The notes under the pieces were generated by a model. That model was given only the letters and a program-made list of their open reading frames with translations, was not told the DNA's origin and did no database searches. A stretch of 64,000 bases of DNA, from IMG/VR virus record IMGVR_UViG_3300027963_005443; one strand, written 5' to 3'. The translations under genes and the position numbers were made by a program. Shown piece by piece: positions 52,044-59,377 of this stretch (position 1 is the stretch's first letter; the number at the start of each line of letters is the position of its first letter). This DNA comes from a virus.

Positions 52044-52140
52044 AGAGAGTGGGCTTCTAAGACATTGCTGTCTAAGGAGTTCATTCCAACTCTTAATATG
52101 TTCTTTGCAGCATTAAGGTCTCGCTCAACTAATTGGCGTT
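52023..52140 (-). mobile_element. IS200/IS605-family tnpB 3' end + right end remnant (candidate orphan omegaRNA)
   Basis: Minus strand encodes ERDLNAAKNILRVG (TnpB C-terminal RuvC motif, 52094-52123), AGACA-GCAA-TGTCT hairpin, and GAAGCCCACTCTC-TTTA-GGGGGCGGGAGCATTCAC subterminal palindrome ending in TCAC. Confidence 0.7.
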
Positions 52141-52145
52141 ATCCC

Positions 52146-52334
52146 TTAATTTTGGATCGATTTTAATAACCAATCTTTGAATCCCTCCATGTAACCACCA
52201 CCTCTTTGTTGGCGTTTGCAATAATTTTTTTGACTAAAACCCTTGGGATGATTGCAATTTATGCTTTTTTTGTATTTCAAGCTCCATCTGCTTTTCATAT
52301 TTTTTCTGGGTTTATTATATTCCATAATTATCAA
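52146..52334 (-). CDS. small conserved phage protein
   Basis: RWSLKYKKSINCNHPKGFSQKNYC motif, familiar from T4-like aquatic phages. Confidence 0.7.
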   Translation of the reverse strand: MIIMEYNKPRKNMKSRWSLKYKKSINCNHPKGFSQKNYCKRQQRGGGYMEGFKDWLLKSIQN

Positions 52335-52663
52335 CTTAAATATGTTGTTATTTCTACTTGATCGCCACTTGGCATCCAGTGCCAGCTAAATACTAAGACA
52401 CTATTAGTTGGAGTGTAGATATGTCTTATCGGATCTTCTATCTTTTCAATATTAAATCTTTGAGTATATTCTGGTGTCTTATCATGGACATTAAAACTGG
52501 GACTTCCTTCTATCTGAAACCCTTGATCTCTTAAGATTTCCTGTAAGGCTGTTAGTGCTTGACCGGGCTTATCCCAATAAGTTCTTAAGTTGGAAACACT
52601 CTTTCTTACTTGGTCATTTCTATGTATCTTATATTCTTCGTTTAGGAAATCTTTAAAATTCAT
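52331..52663 (-). CDS. hypothetical protein with capsid-targeting-like N-terminus
   Basis: MNFKDFLNE start, AAGGAG SD, TATATA at 52706. Confidence 0.7.
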   Translation of the reverse strand: MNFKDFLNEEYKIHRNDQVRKSVSNLRTYWDKPGQALTALQEILRDQGFQIEGSPSFNVHDKTPEYTQRFNIEKIEDPIRHIYTPTNSVLVFSWHWMPSGDQVEITTYLS

Positions 52664-52736
52664 TGCTTCTCCTTATGTTTTTATATCCTTATAATCCTTT
52701 ACGTGTATATATGTAAAAAATTTACTATTTTATAGT

Positions 52737-52991
52737 ATGATAAAACCGCTTTTGTTATCAATAACTTTATCTCAAACAACTCCAGTTGAACCTTATCATT
52801 CAAATAATCCCTATTGTGAAGATATATCTTATCAAGAATTCTGTGTACCGATCACGCAAAATAAAAATACATTAGAATATAACGTTTTTAGTCAAGACGA
52901 TATGGTCAAAGAACAAAATCAAAAAATATTAGACAATCTATTTAAGGAGATTATTGAAGATGAAACTATTAATCTACAATCAAGACCTTGA
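52737..52991 (+). CDS. hypothetical protein
   Basis: 84-aa ORF, short hydrophobic N-terminus. Confidence 0.5.
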   Translation: MIKPLLLSITLSQTTPVEPYHSNNPYCEDISYQEFCVPITQNKNTLEYNVFSQDDMVKEQNQKILDNLFKEIIEDETINLQSRP

Positions 52992-53187
52992 ACCAGTAGA
53001 ACAGAAAATAGAAATATATTTAGATCCAGAATTTCAATCTAAATATATTGAGTCATTAAGCATTTTCCCAGATGAAGATTACAGATGGGAATTAAAGATA
53101 TTTGATAGTAATATAATTCTGGATACGAGGGAGAAGAAGAAGGAAATCTTAACTTTGTTGAATCTTCTCAAAATACATATCGGTTAA
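52954..53187 (+). CDS. hypothetical protein
   Basis: 77-aa ORF overlapping the previous one. Confidence 0.5.
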   Translation: MKMKLLIYNQDLEPVEQKIEIYLDPEFQSKYIESLSIFPDEDYRWELKIFDSNIILDTREKKKEILTLLNLLKIHIG

Positions 53188-53263
53188 ATCTAATTAAAAA
53201 AAAGATACATATATAATTTTATATAACTCATAAAGTGGATCAAACAATTAAAAAAGGAAAAAT

Positions 53264-54808
53264 ATGATAAAGCATTATGCGATACTAAAGGGACCGGCAG
53301 AAGATAGTAAAAACATAGTTAGAAACTTATCTAATACTAACACAACTGGGCCCTACCTGCCAATGGATTTGGCTAAAATATACAATTTTCCAGTTGGTTA
53401 TAACGGAAATGGACAAAGCGTAGCATTTATAGAACTGGGGGGAGGTTTTGTTCAAAATGACTTAAATAACTTTTTTGCACCATTTGGAATAACAGCACCT
53501 ACAGTGCAATTTGTATCAGTAGATGGGGCTATCAACTCTCCAACCACTGTGGATAGCGCAGATATAGAGGTGATGTTAGATTTAGCAGTTACTATCGGTG
53601 TGGCCCCAGAAATAACTCCAATAGTTTATATGGCCCCCAATACAGTTCAAGGATTCGCAAATGCCATAAATAGAGCGGTAAACGATGGAGTCAAAATAAT
53701 AAGTATTAGTTGGGGATTAACAGAAAGTCAATGGTACGATTCCGAACTGGCGGTCATGAATAACGCATTCCAAAATGCAGTAAACCAAGGAGTTAGCGTA
53801 TTCACGGCAGCAGGAGATAATGGAGCAAGTGACGGGCTACCGGGACTTAATACAGATTATCCAGCAAGTTCACCATATGTTACGGGTTGCGGAGGAACAA
53901 CATTAAGCTCGGTAGACAACACATCATACTTAAATGAAGTTGTTTGGAGTAATTCAACAAACTCAGCAACAGGAGGGGGAATTAGTAGAAAATTCCAGAT
54001 TCCTCAATATCAAATTGGATTTTTAACAGGAATTAAAAGAGGAGTCCCAGACGTAGCAGGAGTAGCTGATCCCGATACCGGAATAATAGTCCCAGTAGAC
54101 GGAAACAATTATATCGTAGGAGGCACAAGTGCCGTGGCACCATTGTGGGCAGGAGTAACAGCGGTTCTTAATCAAAGATTGGGCAGAAATCTGGGATTCT
54201 TAAACCCAATAATATATCCATTATTTAATAATCATTTAAATGATAGTACAAAACCATTTCATGATATAACAATAGGAAATAATAGCGGATATAGTGCAAA
54301 GGTTGGCTGGGATAATTGCACAGGCTGTGGAAGTCCAAATGTTCAAAGATTATACGAATTGTTATCATTGTCGCCAGCAGACGTGTTAACTAGCACACCT
54401 ACCCCAACTAAAACACTAACACCTACCCCAACTAAAACACTAACACCTACGCCAACTAAAACACTAACACCTACGCCAACTAAAACCAGAACACCTACAC
54501 CAACTAAAACACTAACACCTACACCAACTAAAACACTAACACCTACCCCAACTAAAACACTAACACCTACCCCAACTAAAACACTAACACCTACCCCAAC
54601 TAAAACGGCAACGCCCACATTAACTACTACTCCAACCAAAACTAGCACTCCAACTCCAACAAAAACACTAACACCTACACTAACTCAAACCAGTACACCA
54701 ATGCCAACCAGAACTCGAACACCAACGCTAACCAGAACCCCTACTGCAACCACAATTAGAAGAAGGCCAGTTAATGTGCCAGTAAAACCGCATTTACACC
54801 CATTCTGA
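53264..54808 (+). CDS. S53 (sedolisin/kumamolisin) peptidase lacking prodomain + TPTPTKTL tail
   Basis: FIELGGGF, IEVMLD (E-x3-D), SISWG, AAGDNG, PASSPYV.GCGGT, RGVPDVA..ADP, GGTSAVAPLWAG, GWDNCTGCGSP (Ca site). Confidence 0.92.
   Translation: MIKHYAILKGPAEDSKNIVRNLSNTNTTGPYLPMDLAKIYNFPVGYNGNGQSVAFIELGGGFVQNDLNNFFAPFGITAPTVQFVSVDGAINSPTTVDSADIEVMLDLAVTIGVAPEITPIVYMAPNTVQGFANAINRAVNDGVKIISISWGLTESQWYDSELAVMNNAFQNAVNQGVSVFTAAGDNGASDGLPGLNTDYPASSPYVTGCGGTTLSSVDNTSYLNEVVWSNSTNSATGGGISRKFQIPQYQIGFLTGIKRGVPDVAGVADPDTGIIVPVDGNNYIVGGTSAVAPLWAGVTAVLNQRLGRNLGFLNPIIYPLFNNHLNDSTKPFHDITIGNNSGYSAKVGWDNCTGCGSPNVQRLYELLSLSPADVLTSTPTPTKTLTPTPTKTLTPTPTKTLTPTPTKTRTPTPTKTLTPTPTKTLTPTPTKTLTPTPTKTLTPTPTKTATPTLTTTPTKTSTPTPTKTLTPTLTQTSTPMPTRTRTPTLTRTPTATTIRRRPVNVPVKPHLHPF
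54385..54610. repeat. 24-bp tandem repeat (~9 copies) encoding TPTPTKTL
   Basis: ACACCTAC(C/G/A)CCAACTAAAACACTA units. Confidence 0.9.
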
Positions 54809-54845
54809 TGTGAGTTTTTATTTAATAAGTTCCATATATATCTTT

Positions 54846-55877
54846 ATGCAAACTTTTAAAGAATATATAGAAAAAAGAGAAGAAATAGATGAATCACTCA
54901 TAGGGGCGGCAAAGTTTGTCGGAGGATTCGGAGGAAATCTATTGGGCCAGTCCTCAAGGGGATTATTGAATCTGGGTAAGGGGGCAGCAAAAGTTGGATT
55001 GGGGGCACTTGGTGCTGCGGCTGATGTGGTAAAGGGCACAGCCCAAGCATCGCTTGGAGATACTGAGAGGTCGTCGAGAAGCTTAAGTAGTGCAAAAAAA
55101 AGAATTTCGACTGTTGGATCCGGACTTGTTGATGCCAGTAAGGGAGCGGTGCAATTGGCTGGGGCTGCGACCGGAGTTACTCCCTTTTTAAGAGGAGTCC
55201 AGGCGTCTTCAGAAGAAGGCATTGCTCCTTTATCTAGGGAGAGAAATAGTGCACAAGAATTGCTTGGATTAAACGCAAATCAGGCCCCAAGAGAAAAAGA
55301 AAGAAAAATCAAAAGATCCCAAATACAAAGACCAAAAAAGGAAGATTTATTTGTATTATCTCCCGTAACAGATAGCAAAAATGTTGCACACTACATAAGC
55401 GAAGCCTATAAAGCATCACAAGAAGGTAAAAAAGTGATAACTTATGATGCAAAGGAATTTGTAAGTAATTTACTTATATCTTATAGTAACCACAAGAATA
55501 AAAATCCAAAAATAGATAAAAAACTAAATTATATTCTCAAAAGATATTTTCCTAATTATAAAATCATAAAAATGAAGAGTTTTGAGAGCATGGGAATTCA
55601 AATGAATGCCGACAGCATTCTGAAGATTAAAAACTTTATAAATTCAGTTATAGTTCTGGAAGTGGACAACCCAGAAAAAGTTACCTACTTGCCAGAAGAT
55701 TCAGAAAAATTCAGAAAAGATTTAATTGAAATACATAATAATGTATTAAATACTAAAAATTTTAACAAAAATATTCAAGGTGATATAAAAGATCTAAAGA
55801 AACAAGTATTAAGAATATTAAATCATTATTATCCAGAAAAAGAATTTAAAACAGAAACAAGAAAAGAATCTAATTAA
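54846..55877 (+). CDS. hypothetical protein with capsid-targeting-like N-terminus and Gly/Ala-rich amphipathic region
   Basis: Start moved to ATG 54846 (MQTFKEYIE...EIDE); TATATA 5 nt upstream. Confidence 0.7.
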   Translation: MQTFKEYIEKREEIDESLIGAAKFVGGFGGNLLGQSSRGLLNLGKGAAKVGLGALGAAADVVKGTAQASLGDTERSSRSLSSAKKRISTVGSGLVDASKGAVQLAGAATGVTPFLRGVQASSEEGIAPLSRERNSAQELLGLNANQAPREKERKIKRSQIQRPKKEDLFVLSPVTDSKNVAHYISEAYKASQEGKKVITYDAKEFVSNLLISYSNHKNKNPKIDKKLNYILKRYFPNYKIIKMKSFESMGIQMNADSILKIKNFINSVIVLEVDNPEKVTYLPEDSEKFRKDLIEIHNNVLNTKNFNKNIQGDIKDLKKQVLRILNHYYPEKEFKTETRKESN

Positions 55878-56076
55878 AATCTCTGATTGCTTCTCTGTTC
55901 TTTTCTCCACGGCTGCCTTTTTTTGTTTTTGGCTGCATAACTCCTGCTTTTCCGTGCTGCATTTCACTTGCTGCTTTTTTAGAAGCACGCTGATGAAGCT
56001 CCAAAGAACTCATACGCTCTGGCATCTTCTCTGCGGATCTTTGATTTCTTTTTTCAAGCCAAAGTGAAAATTTCAT
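55870..56076 (-). CDS. small basic protein with capsid-targeting-like N-terminus
   Basis: MKFSLWLE start, GAGG SD, TATATA at 56105. Confidence 0.65.
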   Translation of the reverse strand: MKFSLWLEKRNQRSAEKMPERMSSLELHQRASKKAASEMQHGKAGVMQPKTKKGSRGEKNREAIRDFN

Positions 56077-56114
56077 ATTTTACCTCTCGTATAACTTATA
56101 CATTTATATATGCA

Positions 56115-56780
56115 CTATATATTATATTTGAAGATACTTGACTTGCTTATGGCTTGGGTGAACTTTTTATTTTTCATCTTTTCATAGAAATCTTTAGACA
56201 GATCTTCAATATCATTAGTATCTTTAAATAAGCCTACATTACTGAAGAGATCTCTATGGCAAATAAAACTATAGAGCGGTAAATATTCATTCTCCAAGAT
56301 AACATCAGAGTTCTCGTCTTGGAAATTTAAGAAAAATGAATTATTCTGAATATATGGCGAAACAATCTTTACTCCCCGGGACTTTAATCTCTGCATGGTT
56401 TCACCCAAATTCAAAAGCCAAGATGGACCTAACGGGGTTGTTTCTGGGCTAAGGACAAGAATCCATGGATTACTGGACTTTTTAATAACTAAGTTTATAT
56501 TTTCCCCGAGTGTCTTGGGTTGTGCATTTCTATGAAACTCCATGAAATCAAATTTTTTAAAATTTTCTATAAACCCAAGTTCAAAAGAACTATTGTAAAC
56601 AATATTTAATTTATACTTGTTAATAACAGTTTTAAGAATATTCTCAAACAAAGAAATTAAAGAGTTATAAGATCCATTGAACGGAACAATAATATCCAAC
56701 CTGGCGTCGGAGAATCTAGCTATTTCAAAAGCCTTTGATTTAAATGTTTTTTCTTCCATATAATTCTTCCCATTTTTCAA
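56115..56780 (-). CDS. GT2-like (GT-A fold) protein, probably degenerate
   Basis: LDIIVPFNGSY...LGENINLVIKKSSNPWILVLSPET (DxD position replaced). Confidence 0.55.
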   Translation of the reverse strand: MKNGKNYMEEKTFKSKAFEIARFSDARLDIIVPFNGSYNSLISLFENILKTVINKYKLNIVYNSSFELGFIENFKKFDFMEFHRNAQPKTLGENINLVIKKSSNPWILVLSPETTPLGPSWLLNLGETMQRLKSRGVKIVSPYIQNNSFFLNFQDENSDVILENEYLPLYSFICHRDLFSNVGLFKDTNDIEDLSKDFYEKMKNKKFTQAISKSSIFKYNI

Positions 56781-57285
56781 AACTAAGGAATTCTTTGTCT
56801 TTTTTAGAAATCAATAATTCCTTAGAATCTATTTGCCAATCTATGTCTAAACTATCATCATTGTAGATGATAGAAGATTCTTTTTTAGAATCATAAAAAT
56901 CGTCCTGCATGTATACCACATTGGTATTATCTGTCAACGACAAGAACGCATGACCACAATTCTCAGGAATCAAAATCTGTCTCTTGTTTTCAGAGTTCAA
57001 TATTACTGAGGAGTATTGCTTGTAAGTCTCGGAATCAGGTCTGAGGTCCACGCACACATCCAATATTGAACCAAAAACACATGAGACTAATTTTTTGAAT
57101 GGAGAGACATGTATGCCACGCAAAACATTTTTATGACTAAAAGAATGATTGACTTGTTTTGGAATAAATGTAAAATCACTATATTTAACCTCTTGAAAAA
57201 TTTCTCTAAAAAAGCCTCTTTCATCCTTATATATTTGTGGAGTGATTAGGTAACAATCTTTTATTTTTAATCTTTCAAATAACAT
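56740..57285 (-). CDS. rmlC: dTDP-4-dehydrorhamnose 3,5-epimerase
   Basis: DERGFFRE, QVNHSFS..NVLRGIH, KLVSCVFGSILDVCVDLRPDSETY, LIPENCGHAF; start moved to ATG 57285. Confidence 0.9.
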   Translation of the reverse strand: MLFERLKIKDCYLITPQIYKDERGFFREIFQEVKYSDFTFIPKQVNHSFSHKNVLRGIHVSPFKKLVSCVFGSILDVCVDLRPDSETYKQYSSVILNSENKRQILIPENCGHAFLSLTDNTNVVYMQDDFYDSKKESSIIYNDDSLDIDWQIDSKELLISKKDKEFLSFEKWEELYGRKNI

Positions 57286-57862
57286 GGAAAACACGCCTCT
57301 TGTTTTAATATTGAATAAATCTTTTGTTCCAATAAATGTCACTGACTATAGAAGAGCAATTACTTTGATTTTTTCCGAGCGTGCCAAAATCCTTGATTAC
57401 AAGACATACAACCTATATTCTTGGGAAGAGTGGGGCCAGTTAGATTTAGATTATTATCAAAAAATTAAAACAAGCTCCAGATATTATTATATACCAGAGA
57501 TAATAATGCTGAATCATTATGACAGGTATCAAAAAAGAAGATTTAAAGCTAATAAAAAGAATATATTTAAAAGAGACAAGGGAATATGCCAATATTGTGA
57601 TATTTGTTTAAACTATGCGCAGGCAACAATAGATCACATAAATCCAAAAAGTAAAAATGGAAAATTAAGTTGGGAGAACTGCGTGCTTTCTTGCAGAAAA
57701 TGCAATCATAAAAAAGCAAATTTATCACTCGAACAAGCAAATATGAAGCTGGCGAGATCACCTTCAATACCAAATTTTAATATAATAGATATTAATAGTT
57801 TCTTTTATTTTCAAACAAAAACTCCAGAGAGCTGGAGAGTTTTTCAGGAGCAGAAAAATTGA
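57284..57862 (+). CDS. HNH endonuclease (McrA-like)
   Basis: VLILNKSFVPI; RDKGICQYC; TIDHINPKSKNG..SWENCVLSCRKCNHKK. Confidence 0.9.
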   Translation: MENTPLVLILNKSFVPINVTDYRRAITLIFSERAKILDYKTYNLYSWEEWGQLDLDYYQKIKTSSRYYYIPEIIMLNHYDRYQKRRFKANKKNIFKRDKGICQYCDICLNYAQATIDHINPKSKNGKLSWENCVLSCRKCNHKKANLSLEQANMKLARSPSIPNFNIIDINSFFYFQTKTPESWRVFQEQKN

Positions 57863-57996
57863 AGAAAAAATTCATAACAGTTGCAGCTTTTTCTGTTCTT
57901 GCTTTAAGTGGAGTAATTTCTGGACTATTTAGCTTTTTTACAAATTTAATATTAGGTAGGGTTTATAATAAGAAAAGAAAAAGAAAAACTAAATGA
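57859..57996 (+). CDS. small membrane protein (45 aa, TTG start)
   Basis: Read manually; hydrophobic AAFSVLALSGVISGLFSFFTNLIL followed by basic tail. Confidence 0.4.
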   Translation: MKKKFITVAAFSVLALSGVISGLFSFFTNLILGRVYNKKRKRKTK

Positions 57997-58005
57997 AGCT
58001 AGGCC

Positions 58006-58206
58006 TCATTTAGTTTTAAATAAATCAGTTTTAACCCAGCAAAAATTATCTTCTGACCAAACTATTGGATAATTTTTAGGCATGGATTCTAGTATATCAA
58101 ATAACTCTACTTCTGTTTTTGCGTGTTCAAGGCTTCTATGAAAGATTAAAGGATGTACTTCCTTATACCTTTCTCTTAGTTTTTCTACGATTTTTTGGTC
58201 TAGCAT
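58006..58206 (-). CDS. hypothetical protein
   Basis: 66-aa ORF. Confidence 0.6.
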   Translation of the reverse strand: MLDQKIVEKLRERYKEVHPLIFHRSLEHAKTEVELFDILESMPKNYPIVWSEDNFCWVKTDLFKTK

Positions 58207-58447
58207 TTATTTTATTCCAAACAAACAGAAAGAGTATTCCTCCCAAAACCGAAAAAATCAAGCCCGCTGGGTGATATCTGTGAGTATTGCCCAATGCATA
58301 ACTCAGAAGTCCTCCCGCATATGATCCGACTACTCCTATGAATAAAGTTGGTACCCATCCATTCATTTTTTCATCACCTGGGTGTAGTTTTTTTGAAACA
58401 ACTCCCACAAAAAGACCGAAAAACAACCACATTACAAGATTAATCAT
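58163..58447 (-). CDS. GlsB/YeaQ/YmgE (transglycosylase-associated) membrane protein
   Basis: WLFFGLFVGVVSK.L.PG...TLFIGVVGSYAGG...GLIFSVLGGILFL. Confidence 0.8.
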   Translation of the reverse strand: MINLVMWLFFGLFVGVVSKKLHPGDEKMNGWVPTLFIGVVGSYAGGLLSYALGNTHRYHPAGLIFSVLGGILFLFVWNKINARPKNRRKTKRKV

Positions 58448-58449
58448 AA

Positions 58450-59334
58450 CTATTTCCTTCCTATATTTAGATAATTATCAGGAATATTATCTTTTTTCAA
58501 TTCATTGAAAATATCCCTATAGTATCTATTGTAGGAACTGTCTAAAGATTTCGAATCAAATCCACAAATCTTATCATTTTTACCAAAGAAGTATTCAAGG
58601 AACTTAGATTCACCAAATTCTTTCTTTAACATTAAGCAAAAAACTAAAGAATCCGTGTTAAATTTATCTTTATTTTCTTGATTCATTTTTTGATAGTCTT
58701 TTTCAGTAACCTTGAGGAAATTGGTGCCGGGCTGAGTTTCAGAGACTCTACCAATTATATTTTTAATATTATCCGATGATGTATTTAACTCAGACATGCC
58801 CTTAAAGGCGACGAACGATAAGCTTGGATCCAAATCACGAAGACAAACCTCGGTTACCGCCTCACGGACAGAATTGTCGAATAGATTCATATCCTCTACA
58901 TCCAGCCATATAGCCACCACATCATCTCTAAACTCAATTCTATAAGACTGCAGTCCAAACAACCTTTTTAAAAGCTCTTTGCTCGGAGCCAGCATTATCC
59001 TGCAGTCTTTTGACAATGAAGAATCTTTGAGCCCCCATCTACTCAAGCAATCCTTTTTAATATTCTCTATATTATGAAATAGATTCTCACCTTGTTTTTT
59101 GTCTATGCTTAATATTGTGAAATTATCAGTTTCGTATCTATTCCAAACAAGATCTTTTATTGAATCCTTATCTCCGCCATAATCCCCAAAGGGCTTGAGA
59201 GATTGAGCCGGTTCCGGATCTATTATAGAATAATTAATATCGGCTTGAGTTGTTGATATCAGGATCCGATCCAGTGAGTCTGCAAATGAGACTCCAGAGA
59301 AAACAAATAATAGCAGAATAAATAAATTTTTCAT
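58450..59334 (-). CDS. secreted hypothetical protein
   Basis: Signal peptide MKNLFILLLFVFSGVSFA|DS. Confidence 0.7.
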   Translation of the reverse strand: MKNLFILLLFVFSGVSFADSLDRILISTTQADINYSIIDPEPAQSLKPFGDYGGDKDSIKDLVWNRYETDNFTILSIDKKQGENLFHNIENIKKDCLSRWGLKDSSLSKDCRIMLAPSKELLKRLFGLQSYRIEFRDDVVAIWLDVEDMNLFDNSVREAVTEVCLRDLDPSLSFVAFKGMSELNTSSDNIKNIIGRVSETQPGTNFLKVTEKDYQKMNQENKDKFNTDSLVFCLMLKKEFGESKFLEYFFGKNDKICGFDSKSLDSSYNRYYRDIFNELKKDNIPDNYLNIGRK

Positions 59335-59377
59335 AATTAACCTTTAATAAGTTGTTATTATAATATAGTCTAAAATT

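Noticed and set aside
572-54648. Many antisense Val/Gly-rich ORFs (e.g. 572..1018, 2467..2877, 8838..9335, 34980..35444, 54343..54648) and alternate-frame poly-Gln/Leu or Asn/Tyr ORFs (31074, 31084)
   Set aside because: Shadows of Thr/Pro codon repeats in the real genes; no independent domains or start signals
57284-57862. HNH gene as an intron or homing element
   Set aside because: Free-standing McrA-like HNH with no interrupted host gene or intron structure visible
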